This document shows, one piece after another, positions 10,293 to 18,745 of a DNA stretch of 64,000 nucleotides. The DNA comes from Candidatus Omnitrophota bacterium (lineage in GTDB: Bacteria > Omnitrophota > Gorgyraeia > Zapsychrales > JBAZNR01). Under the pieces are notes generated by a model. That model saw nothing but the letters and a program-made list of their open reading frames with translations. It was not told the origin of the DNA and made no database searches. Numbering within the stretch: the first letter of the stretch is position 1; each line of letters opens with the position of its first letter. The translations under genes were made by a program, and so were the position numbers. The stretch covers positions 911,497 through 975,496 of the forward strand of contig JBAZNR010000001.1 in the NCBI GenBank assembly GCA_041649175.1, given 5' to 3'.

Positions 10293-10736
10293 ATGATCTG
10301 TCTCATTGGCTACGGAAATAATATGCGTTCGGATGACGGTATAGGAATTTATGTGGCGCAGAAAATTGCCGCGGAAAATAATCCGAATGTCAAAGTTTGC
10401 GTATCTCATCAACTGCACATTGAAATGCTGGAAGAAGCGGTTTTGTATGATAAGGTCATTTTAGTGGATGCGGCGGCTGGCGGAGAAGAAGTTGTCTTTC
10501 GAAAAGTGGATGCCGGCTCAAAAGCTTACGTTGCTTCGTCGCATCATTTAAGCCCGGAACTTTTCTTCAATCTGGCTGAAAAAATCTACAGAAAAAATAT
10601 CAATCTTTACGCGTGTTCGATTAAAGGAGAGTCGTTTGAGCTTGGGAACACGATCTCTCCGATCGTTTACACACGCGCAGAAAAATCCATTGACCTTATC
10701 CATTCTTTGATCAATAAGGATCTTGTTTATGCATGA
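10293..10736 (+). CDS. hoxW: Hydrogenase maturation endopeptidase (HoxW/HyaD family).
   Basis: MICLIGYGNNMRSDDGIGIYVA, the N-terminal signature of hydrogenase maturation proteases. It sits immediately after hoxH. Confidence 0.8.
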   Translation: MICLIGYGNNMRSDDGIGIYVAQKIAAENNPNVKVCVSHQLHIEMLEEAVLYDKVILVDAAAGGEEVVFRKVDAGSKAYVASSHHLSPELFFNLAEKIYRKNINLYACSIKGESFELGNTISPIVYTRAEKSIDLIHSLINKDLVYA

Positions 10737-11070
10737 AGGTGTTTTTACCGAACAGATCGTGGAGGCTATTCTCGCTCAGGTGAAAAAAGATTCCTTGGGG
10801 AAACCCAAAAGAATTAAAGTGAATGTCGGAGAAGTTTTTCATCTTCAGAAAGATTCTGTCTTGATGCATTATCAGATCCTAACGCAAAATACCGATCTTT
10901 GCGGTGTCGATCTTGACTTAACCGAAGAGACTGTTCGTGTTTTATGTAATGGTTGTCAAAAAGAAGGCCCGGTCGAAGATCATCATCTTTTGATGTGTTC
11001 ATACTGCGATTCACGCGACGTTAAAATGATCAGCGGCGATAGGATCTCTATAGAGTCTATTGAGGTTTAG
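10729..11070 (+). CDS. hypA: Hydrogenase nickel-insertion protein HypA.
   Basis: Starts MHEG.. as HypA proteins do. C-terminal zinc finger CNGC...CSYC. The ORF-track start at 10723 is probably 2 codons too long. Confidence 0.8.
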   Translation: MHEGVFTEQIVEAILAQVKKDSLGKPKRIKVNVGEVFHLQKDSVLMHYQILTQNTDLCGVDLDLTEETVRVLCNGCQKEGPVEDHHLLMCSYCDSRDVKMISGDRISIESIEV

Positions 11071-11101
11071 TGATCGCTGGTGTTGTTTAGAGGGTTTTGT
11101 T

Positions 11102-13423
11102 ATGAGTGTCCTGCCTCAAGTGCTTCCCGCGCAAAAACAAGGCGCGGCTCGTCTTAAAATTATTGTTCAAGGAACTGTTCAGGGAGTTGGGTTCCGGCCG
11201 TTTATTTTCCGCTTGGCTCAAGAGCTGAAATTAACGGGCTGGGTCAAAAATTCTTTGTCGGGCGCGGTTATTGAAGCCGAAGGGGCAAAAGAAAATTTAG
11301 AACATTTTATTATCCGCATTAAAAAAGAAAAACCTCCGCAGTCATTTATTCAGAGCTTGGAATTCTCTTTTTTAGACGCAATTGGCCACTCAAGTTTTGA
11401 AATAAAGGCAAGTGATGACACAGGGAAAAAGACGGCCTTGATCTTACCGGATTTCGCAACTTGTCCGGATTGCCGTGATGAAATTTTTGACGCCCTTAGC
11501 CGGCGTTATTTATATCCGTTTACCAATTGTACGCATTGCGGCCCGCGGTTTACGATCGTTGAAACTCTTCCTTATGACCGCAAAAATACATCGATGAAGG
11601 GTTTTACGATGTGCCCGGATTGCCAAAGGGAATATGAAGACCCTCAAAACCGCCGTTTCCACGCGCAGCCCAACGCTTGCCCCGCTTGCGGCCCGCAATT
11701 AGAATTATGGAACAAAGATGGGAAAGTTTTATCGCGAAAACACGAAGCTGTCCTTGCGGCGGCGCAGGCTATTCGCGATGGAAAGATCGTCGCGCTTAAA
11801 GGATTGGGCGGTTTTCATCTGATAGTGGACGCGCGAAATGAGACGGCTATTTTGCGTTTACGCAAGCTTAAATTCCGCCAAGAAAAACCCTTCGCGCTGA
11901 TGTTTCCCTCCATAAAAGATATTGAAAAAGTTTGTGAAGTGTCGGGCCTAGAACGGAATTCCTTAGAATCCGGCGAAGCGCCGATCGTTATCTTGCGCAG
12001 GAAAAAAGGAACACCAGGTCTTTCTTCGATCGCGCCGTCGGTAGCGCCAAAAAATCCGTGTTTAGCCGTTATGTTGCCATATACGCCGCTTCATCATATT
12101 TTACTTAAATTACTTTCTTTTCCGATCGTTGCCACCAGCGGGAATTTATCGGATGAACCGATCTCTACCGATGAACATGAAGCCTTAGGGCGGCTTGGCG
12201 GTATTGCGGACCTATTTTTAATTCATGATCGCCCCATTGTCCGCCACGCGGATGATTCTATTGTTAAAATGATCGCCGGAAGGCCGATGATTTTCCGTCG
12301 GGCGCGCGGATTCGCGCCGCTTCCCATTGAAACAAATGATGTTTTGCCTCCCGCTGTTTCTGTCGGAGGCCATTTGAAAAACACCATCGCCGTCACTGCC
12401 GGAAATAATATTTTTATCAGCCAGCATATTGGCGATCTGGAAACCCATCAATCAACGCAAGCCTTTGAACAAGCCATTAAGGATTTTAGAGGCCTTTACG
12501 AGGTAAGTCCCAGCTATGTTGCTTGCGATATGCATCCGGAATATTTATCAACCAAGTACGCCAAGAATTTAAAAATTCCGGTAAAAAGCATTCAGCATCA
12601 TCACGCGCATATTGTTTCCTGCATGGCGGAAAATGAAATAGATGGACAAGTGTTGGGCGTTGCTTGGGACGGAACCGGTTTTGGCACCGATGGATGTATT
12701 TGGGGCGGGGAATTTCTTTTTTCATCTTTGTCGGATTTTAAACGAACGGCATACTTACGCTATTTTCCTCTTCCCGGTGGTGAAAAAGCGGTCAGAGAAC
12801 CTCGGCGCAGTGCTTTGGGAATTTTGTATACGATGTTCGGTGAAAAAGCTTTTGAGCAGAAAAGCGTTGCTCCTACCCGTGCTTTTAAACCCCAGGAACT
12901 TTATGTTATTTCGAAAATGTTAAAACAAAGCATTCATTCGCCTTTGACATCAAGCGTGGGAAGATTATTTGATGCTGTGAGCTCTCTTTTGGATTTGCAT
13001 CACATAACAAACTTTGAGGGCCAAGCGGCGATGAGCTTGGAACATCTCACCGAAGATGTTCAGACAAAAGAGTTTTATCCTTTTCATGTTTCCTCAACTG
13101 ATCCTATGATTATTGATTGGGAACCGATGATCTTAGATATTTTAAAAGATATTAAAGACGAAATTTCTCCGGAGATAATTTCTGCAAAATTCCATAATGC
13201 GCTCAGTGAAATGATCGTCGCGATCGCTCGAATTTCAAACGAAGAAAAAGTTGTTTTAAGCGGCGGTTGTTTTCAAAATAGATATTTAACGCAGTGCGCT
13301 GTTGCGCGCCTTCGTGAAGAGGGTTTTAAGCCGTATTGGCATCAACGTGTTCCGTGCAATGACGGCGGGATTTCTTTAGGGCAGATGGTGGCCGCGTCTT
13401 GCCAAATCAATAAAGGGGTGTAA
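11102..13423 (+). CDS. hypF: Carbamoyltransferase HypF.
   Basis: Acylphosphatase domain (VQGVGFRPF), two zinc fingers (CPDC...CTHCGPRF; CPDC...CPACGP), and YrdC/Kae1-like domains. The ATG at 11102 avoids overlap with hypA; the track start is 11060. Confidence 0.85.
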   Translation: MSVLPQVLPAQKQGAARLKIIVQGTVQGVGFRPFIFRLAQELKLTGWVKNSLSGAVIEAEGAKENLEHFIIRIKKEKPPQSFIQSLEFSFLDAIGHSSFEIKASDDTGKKTALILPDFATCPDCRDEIFDALSRRYLYPFTNCTHCGPRFTIVETLPYDRKNTSMKGFTMCPDCQREYEDPQNRRFHAQPNACPACGPQLELWNKDGKVLSRKHEAVLAAAQAIRDGKIVALKGLGGFHLIVDARNETAILRLRKLKFRQEKPFALMFPSIKDIEKVCEVSGLERNSLESGEAPIVILRRKKGTPGLSSIAPSVAPKNPCLAVMLPYTPLHHILLKLLSFPIVATSGNLSDEPISTDEHEALGRLGGIADLFLIHDRPIVRHADDSIVKMIAGRPMIFRRARGFAPLPIETNDVLPPAVSVGGHLKNTIAVTAGNNIFISQHIGDLETHQSTQAFEQAIKDFRGLYEVSPSYVACDMHPEYLSTKYAKNLKIPVKSIQHHHAHIVSCMAENEIDGQVLGVAWDGTGFGTDGCIWGGEFLFSSLSDFKRTAYLRYFPLPGGEKAVREPRRSALGILYTMFGEKAFEQKSVAPTRAFKPQELYVISKMLKQSIHSPLTSSVGRLFDAVSSLLDLHHITNFEGQAAMSLEHLTEDVQTKEFYPFHVSSTDPMIIDWEPMILDILKDIKDEISPEIISAKFHNALSEMIVAIARISNEEKVVLSGGCFQNRYLTQCAVARLREEGFKPYWHQRVPCNDGGISLGQMVAASCQINKGV

Positions 13424-13424
13424 G

Positions 13425-13679
13425 ATGTGTCTAGCTATTCCCGGGAAAGTGATGACTGTCGAAGGCAGTGAGCCTTTTTTAAAAATGGGAAAAGTTAATT
13501 TTGGCGGCATTATTAAGGAAGTTTCCTTGGCGTATGTGCCGGATGTTTGTATCGGTGATTATGTGATCGTTCATGTGGGTTTTGCCATTAGTAAAGTGGA
13601 CGAAGAAGAAGCCTTGCAGGTTTTTGAATACTTAAAAAAGATGGATGAGCTTCAGGAATTAGAAGGACAATCCGCTTAG
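13425..13679 (+). CDS. hypC: Hydrogenase assembly chaperone HypC.
   Basis: MCLAIPGKV N-terminus (essential Cys2), 84 aa. Confidence 0.85.
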   Translation: MCLAIPGKVMTVEGSEPFLKMGKVNFGGIIKEVSLAYVPDVCIGDYVIVHVGFAISKVDEEEALQVFEYLKKMDELQELEGQSA

Positions 13680-13697
13680 AAAAAAAGCAGGAAGACC

Positions 13698-14810
13698 ATG
13701 AAATTCTTAGACGAATACCGCGACGCAAAATCAGCTCAGCGCTTAAGCCAAGAGATCAATAAGATCACCACGAAGCCGTGGACTATTATGGAGATCTGCG
13801 GCGGGCAAACACATGCTATTGTTAAATTCGGCATTGATGAACTTTTGCCAAAGCATATTACTTTAGTTCACGGGCCGGGATGTCCGGTGTGCGTAACACC
13901 GCTGGAGCTTATTGATAAAGCGATCACAATTGCTTCGCGCCCGGATGTTATTTTTTGTTCGTTCGGCGATATGATGCGCGTGCCGGGTTCTTCAACCGAT
14001 CTTTTAGCGGTGAAAGCCAAAGGCGGGGATGTGCGCATGGTTTATTCGCCTTTGGATGTCTTAAAAATCGCGCAGGCTAATCCGTCAAAAGAAGTTGTTT
14101 TCTTTGCCGTCGGATTTGAAACAACGGCGCCGGCTAATGCCATGGCGGTTTATCAGGCGAAGAGCAAAAATATCCCTAATTTCTCTATGTTGGTTTCTCA
14201 CGTCTTGGTTCCTCCGGCGATGGAAGCTATTTTGTCGTCGCCGCATAATCGCGTTCAAGGTTTTTTGGCGGCCGGCCACGTGTGTACGGTGATGGGATAT
14301 GACGAATATGAACCCATCGCTTTAAAATATAAAATTCCTATTGTTGTCACGGGATTTGAACCGCTGGATATTTTGCAAGGCATTTATATGTGCGTTAAAC
14401 AATTGGAAGAGAAAAAGTTTATCGTGGAAAACCAATATACGCGTTCGGTCAAAAAAGAAGGCAATCAACCGGCGCAGTATGTTATTAAGGAAGTCTTTAA
14501 GATCGTCCATCGCAAGTGGCGTGGAGTTGGCCAAATTGAAAAAAGTGGCCTTGGATTTCAAAAGGATTATGAGCAATTTGACGCGGAATTGAAATTTGGC
14601 GTTGCCGATTATACGGCGGAAGAATCTAGCGAGTGCATGAGTGGTTTGGTGCTGCAGGGATTAAAAAAACCAAATGAATGTCCGGCCTTTGGAAATAAAT
14701 GTAAACCGGAGCATCCTCTGGGAGCAACGATGGTTTCTTCCGAAGGGGCTTGCGCGGCGTATTATCGTTACCGCGGATTTTCCTTGAGCGCAAAAAAAGA
14801 AACTATTTAG
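13698..14810 (+). CDS. hypD: Hydrogenase maturation factor HypD.
   Basis: [13 protein letters not shown] and GFETT motifs, plus C-terminal cysteine-rich CPxxG region. Confidence 0.85.
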   Translation: MKFLDEYRDAKSAQRLSQEINKITTKPWTIMEICGGQTHAIVKFGIDELLPKHITLVHGPGCPVCVTPLELIDKAITIASRPDVIFCSFGDMMRVPGSSTDLLAVKAKGGDVRMVYSPLDVLKIAQANPSKEVVFFAVGFETTAPANAMAVYQAKSKNIPNFSMLVSHVLVPPAMEAILSSPHNRVQGFLAAGHVCTVMGYDEYEPIALKYKIPIVVTGFEPLDILQGIYMCVKQLEEKKFIVENQYTRSVKKEGNQPAQYVIKEVFKIVHRKWRGVGQIEKSGLGFQKDYEQFDAELKFGVADYTAEESSECMSGLVLQGLKKPNECPAFGNKCKPEHPLGATMVSSEGACAAYYRYRGFSLSAKKETI

Positions 14811-14813
14811 ATT

Positions 14814-15875
14814 ATGATAGAAAAACAAACAAGTAATTTTACGCTTTCATGCCCGATCTCTTTAACAGATTATCCGGCGGTGACTTTAGCGCATGGCGGC
14901 GGCGGAAAATTGATGCACGATTTGATCCAGAAAATGTTCGCGGCCACCTTTGGCGATTGCGTGTTGCAATCTTCATCCGATGCGGCTATTTTAAATATTC
15001 CAACAGAAAAACTTGCTTTTACCACCGATTCTTTTGTGGTCAAGCCGCTTTTTTTTCCGGGCGGCGATATCGGGTCTTTGGCTGTTTATGGAACGGTCAA
15101 TGATTTGAGTATGGTTGGGGCTCGTCCGCTTTATTTAAGCGTTGGACTTATTCTGGAAGAAGGCTTGCCGATGGAAACGCTTTGGAAAGTGGTTAAATCC
15201 ATACATCAAGCGGCGCAAAAATCCGGTGTTTCCATTGTAACGGGTGACACGAAAGTTGTGGATAAAGGCAAAGGCGACGGGATTTTTATTAATACGACCG
15301 GAATTGGAACGTTAGAGCGCGGAAAAGTATTATTGCCGGCGAACATTCAAAAAGGTGATCAAATTATTATTAACGGCGATATCGGACGCCATGGAATTGC
15401 CATTATGGCGGTACGCGAAGGATTAGAGTTTGAAAGCGCTATTGAAAGTGACGCCGCACCTTTAGCGGAATTGGTTGGAAAACTTTTATCGGAAAATATA
15501 GAAATTCATTGTTTACGCGATCTAACACGCGGCGGATTGGCCAGTGCTTTAAATGAAATTGCGCTAGCCGCGAATATTGCCATTGCGATCGATGAAAATA
15601 AGATCTCTGTTCGGGAAGATGTCCAGGGAGCTTGCGAAATTTTAGGGTTTGATCCGCTTTATGTTGCCAATGAAGGCCGTTTCGTGGCTTTTGTCGCGGC
15701 GAAAGATGCCCAGCGCGCGCTAAAGATCGTGAGCGCGCATCCGCAAGGCGCGGGAGCAGTTTGCGTCGGAGAAGTTGTGGATGGGGCGGTGCCGATGGTG
15801 ACGATGAAAAGTAAGATTGGCGCGATGAGGATCATTGATATGTTAAGCGGCGAACAATTGCCGAGAATTTGTTAA
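14814..15875 (+). CDS. hypE: Hydrogenase maturation factor HypE.
   Basis: AIR-synthase-like fold pattern, with the protein ending in the conserved C-terminal PRIC. Confidence 0.85.
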   Translation: MIEKQTSNFTLSCPISLTDYPAVTLAHGGGGKLMHDLIQKMFAATFGDCVLQSSSDAAILNIPTEKLAFTTDSFVVKPLFFPGGDIGSLAVYGTVNDLSMVGARPLYLSVGLILEEGLPMETLWKVVKSIHQAAQKSGVSIVTGDTKVVDKGKGDGIFINTTGIGTLERGKVLLPANIQKGDQIIINGDIGRHGIAIMAVREGLEFESAIESDAAPLAELVGKLLSENIEIHCLRDLTRGGLASALNEIALAANIAIAIDENKISVREDVQGACEILGFDPLYVANEGRFVAFVAAKDAQRALKIVSAHPQGAGAVCVGEVVDGAVPMVTMKSKIGAMRIIDMLSGEQLPRIC

Positions 15876-15906
15876 ATTTTGAGATAAAACACTTTTAAAA
15901 AGAAAG

Positions 15907-17847
15907 ATGAGGGTAAAAACAGTGCAGTACTATTCGGATTACAAATGGACCAAGAGAAAGAAGCCCGTCTGGGTTAACGCTGATATGGCGATCCAAAAGA
16001 TCAAGAAAGGAAAGAGGATCTTGATCGGGTCAGGTTGCGCCGAACCGCAGCATTTGGTAGAGGCCTTGGTGCGCAATGCCGACCGGTTTTATGATAATGA
16101 GGTTGTCCATATTTTAACGGTCGGCATTGCGCCTTATGTCGACCCTAAATATGCCAAGTCATTTCGCCATAGCGCCTTTTTTATGGGAAAAAATGTCCGC
16201 GGGGCCGTAAGCGAAGGCCATGCGGATTATACGCCGATCTTTTTATCAGAGATCCCGCTTCTTTTTAAAACCGGACAAATGCCGCTACACGCTGTCCTTG
16301 TTCAGGTATCACCGCCGGATAAAAAAGGATTTGTTTCTTTAGGCGTTAGTGTTGATGTTCTGCTAGCGGCGATTTCTGTTGCCGATATTGTGATCGCTCA
16401 AGTGAATAAGTCCATGCCGCGTACTTGCGGAAAATCCAATATTCCGCTTAGCTGTATCGATTATCTAGTAGAAGCCGACGAAAAGATCTTGGAATTTCCG
16501 CAAAGCGAACCGGATGATACTTCTTCCCAGATCGGTAAACATATCGCGCGTTATATTCGAGACGGAGATACGCTTCAATTAGGGATCGGCGGCATTCCGG
16601 ATGCGGTTTTAAAGAATTTGTCGGATAAAAATGACTTAGGCATTCATACCGAAATGATCTCCGATGGAGTTGTGGATCTTTACAAAAACGGTAATATTAC
16701 CAACAAGCTTAAAGGAATTCATAAAGGACAATCTATTTTGGGTTTTGTTCTGGCATCCAAAAAAATATTTGATGTGGTGCGTGAAAATCCCGATTTCCAG
16801 TTCTATCCCACCGAATACACCAATGATCCCTTTGTGATCAGCCAGAATAAAAATATGGTTTCTATTAATTCGGCCATTCAAATTGATCTTACCGGACAGG
16901 TTTGCTCGGATAGTTTAGGAACTAAATTTTTTAGCGGTTTTGGCGGGCAAGTCGATTTTGTTCGCGGGTCCAAGCGCTCTCCCGGCGGACGCTCCTTTAT
17001 CGCGTTTCCTTCAACGGCCAAAAGCGGAACGATCTCTAAAATTGTCCCTTATCTTGATCAAGGGGCAGGTGTTGTAACCTCGCGCGCGGATGTCCATTAT
17101 GTGGCTACTGAATACGGCATCGCGCATTTGCATGGGAAAAATATCCGTGAACGGGGCTTGGCCCTTATTCAGATCGCCCATCCAAAATTCCGTGATGAAC
17201 TTTTGGATTACATGAAACAAAAACATTATGTTTACTTAGACCAAAGAACGATCAAAGACGATCACAGTCCGGTCAAAGATCTTATTCCGTTCAAGAAAGC
17301 TTTCAAAGGAAAAACTGTTTACTTTCGCCCCTTGCGCCCTTCCGACGAGAAAGCCATCCAGGATTTCTTCTATAGCCATGACCCGGAAACGATCTATCAG
17401 CGCTATTTAACGCAGGTAGAATCTCTTCCTCATGAAGAAGCCCGCGCGCGGGTTTCGGTTGATTACAACAAAGACATGGCGATCGCCGGATTTGACTCGC
17501 CGGCGCCTCATGCTCAGATGGTTTGCCTGGGAAGATATTTCCGCAATGAAGATAATTCAGCCATCGCTGGCCTCGTTGTTAAGGAAAGCTACCAGGGAAT
17601 TGGCATAGGGTCTTTTATGGCAGAATGTTTATTGAAGGCGGCGAAATGGCACAATGTATCAAAATTGATCGGCAATGTGGGTGAGAACAATAAGGCCATG
17701 ATCAAGATCTATAAAGAACAAGGTTTCCAGAAAACACTTAGCTCCGACGGGAAAAAGTATGTTTTTTCCATCGACATCGTTCCGGAAACTCCCGAGAAAG
17801 CTGCCGGCAGCGCCGAGCAGCCCTTTATCTGGGATAAAAAATCTTAA
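15907..17847 (+). CDS. Acetyl-CoA hydrolase/transferase family (family I CoA-transferase) domain fused to a C-terminal GNAT acetyltransferase domain.
   Basis: N-terminal GSGCAEPQHLVEAL... CoA-transferase signature over ~430 aa. The C-terminal ~190 aa have a GNAT pattern (VYFRPLRPSDEKAIQDFF ... QGIGIGSFM). Confidence 0.6.
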   Translation: MRVKTVQYYSDYKWTKRKKPVWVNADMAIQKIKKGKRILIGSGCAEPQHLVEALVRNADRFYDNEVVHILTVGIAPYVDPKYAKSFRHSAFFMGKNVRGAVSEGHADYTPIFLSEIPLLFKTGQMPLHAVLVQVSPPDKKGFVSLGVSVDVLLAAISVADIVIAQVNKSMPRTCGKSNIPLSCIDYLVEADEKILEFPQSEPDDTSSQIGKHIARYIRDGDTLQLGIGGIPDAVLKNLSDKNDLGIHTEMISDGVVDLYKNGNITNKLKGIHKGQSILGFVLASKKIFDVVRENPDFQFYPTEYTNDPFVISQNKNMVSINSAIQIDLTGQVCSDSLGTKFFSGFGGQVDFVRGSKRSPGGRSFIAFPSTAKSGTISKIVPYLDQGAGVVTSRADVHYVATEYGIAHLHGKNIRERGLALIQIAHPKFRDELLDYMKQKHYVYLDQRTIKDDHSPVKDLIPFKKAFKGKTVYFRPLRPSDEKAIQDFFYSHDPETIYQRYLTQVESLPHEEARARVSVDYNKDMAIAGFDSPAPHAQMVCLGRYFRNEDNSAIAGLVVKESYQGIGIGSFMAECLLKAAKWHNVSKLIGNVGENNKAMIKIYKEQGFQKTLSSDGKKYVFSIDIVPETPEKAAGSAEQPFIWDKKS

Positions 17848-17853
17848 AAAGAT

Positions 17854-18639
17854 ATGACGAAGAAAAATTATAAATATCTTTATGGGCCGCTTCACTCATG
17901 GCGGCTGGGGTCTTCTTTGGGGATCGATCCTATCTCAACTAAGGAAAAGGTCTGCAATTTCGATTGCATCTATTGCCAGTTGGGAAAAACAAAGAAACTT
18001 GTTTGCGATCGTCACGAATTTGTTTCGACTCATGATCTTATCGAAGAAATTAAGTTATTGCCGGAAAGCCTCCATATAGATTATTTCACTTTTTCCGGGC
18101 GGGGCGAACCGACTTTGGCTAAAAACTTAGGGCACATGATCAAAGAGCTTCATAAGATCCGAAAAGAGAAAATTGCCGTCATTACTAATTCGTCACTCAT
18201 GCATTTGGTGGATGTGCAAATGGATCTATCAAAAGCTGATTTTGTTTTAGCCAAATTGGACGTTTGTTCGCAAGAAACTTTAAACGAGGTCGGCCGCGCT
18301 ATGCACACGATCGAATTTAAAGCGATCGTGAACGGCATCATTTCGTTTAAAAAACATTTTCATGGCAAATTAGCCCTGCAGGTGATGTTCGTTCATCAAA
18401 ATAAGGCAAGTGCGAGTGAGATCGCGAAGATCGTAAGGAAAATTAAACCCCACGAAGTGCATCTTAATACGCCTCTTCGTCCTTCGTCTGTTAAGCCTTT
18501 GTCGCGGGAAGAACTTGGCGCGATCGAAGATTGTTTTTTTAAAGGTTTGCCGGTCACAAATGTTTTTGAAGTAGGAAAAAAAGAAGTGGAACCCTTTGAC
18601 AAGAAGGAAACTGTCCGTCGGCACGGATATTTCAAGTAA
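17854..18639 (+). CDS. Small radical SAM protein (PflA-like activase family).
   Basis: CNFDCIYCQ (CxxxCxxC) cluster motif and SGRGEPTL SAM-binding motif, 261 aa. Confidence 0.6.
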   Translation: MTKKNYKYLYGPLHSWRLGSSLGIDPISTKEKVCNFDCIYCQLGKTKKLVCDRHEFVSTHDLIEEIKLLPESLHIDYFTFSGRGEPTLAKNLGHMIKELHKIRKEKIAVITNSSLMHLVDVQMDLSKADFVLAKLDVCSQETLNEVGRAMHTIEFKAIVNGIISFKKHFHGKLALQVMFVHQNKASASEIAKIVRKIKPHEVHLNTPLRPSSVKPLSREELGAIEDCFFKGLPVTNVFEVGKKEVEPFDKKETVRRHGYFK

Positions 18640-18663
18640 GAAAGGTAAAATTTCTGTTTACAA

Positions 18664-18714
18664 GGGAACACTAGATGTTGTATGATGCAGTCAGAAATAC
18701 ACAATATATAGCGA
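18664..18714 (+). promoter_or_regulatory. Two NrdR-box-like palindromes with centres 31 bp apart, upstream of nrdJ.
   Basis: The second box, ACACAATATATAGCG(A), matches the acaCwAtATaTwGtgt consensus at about 14 of 16 positions. The first, ACACTAGATGTTGTAT, matches at about 13 of 16. The spacing equals three helical turns. Confidence 0.4.
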
Positions 18715-18745
18715 TAAAAAGATTTTAATCAAGGAGGCGAAGGCG

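Noticed and set aside
11060-11101. Upstream start of hypF at 11060, overlapping hypA.
   Set aside because: The ATG at 11102 starts right at the acylphosphatase domain and avoids overlap with the HypA zinc finger.
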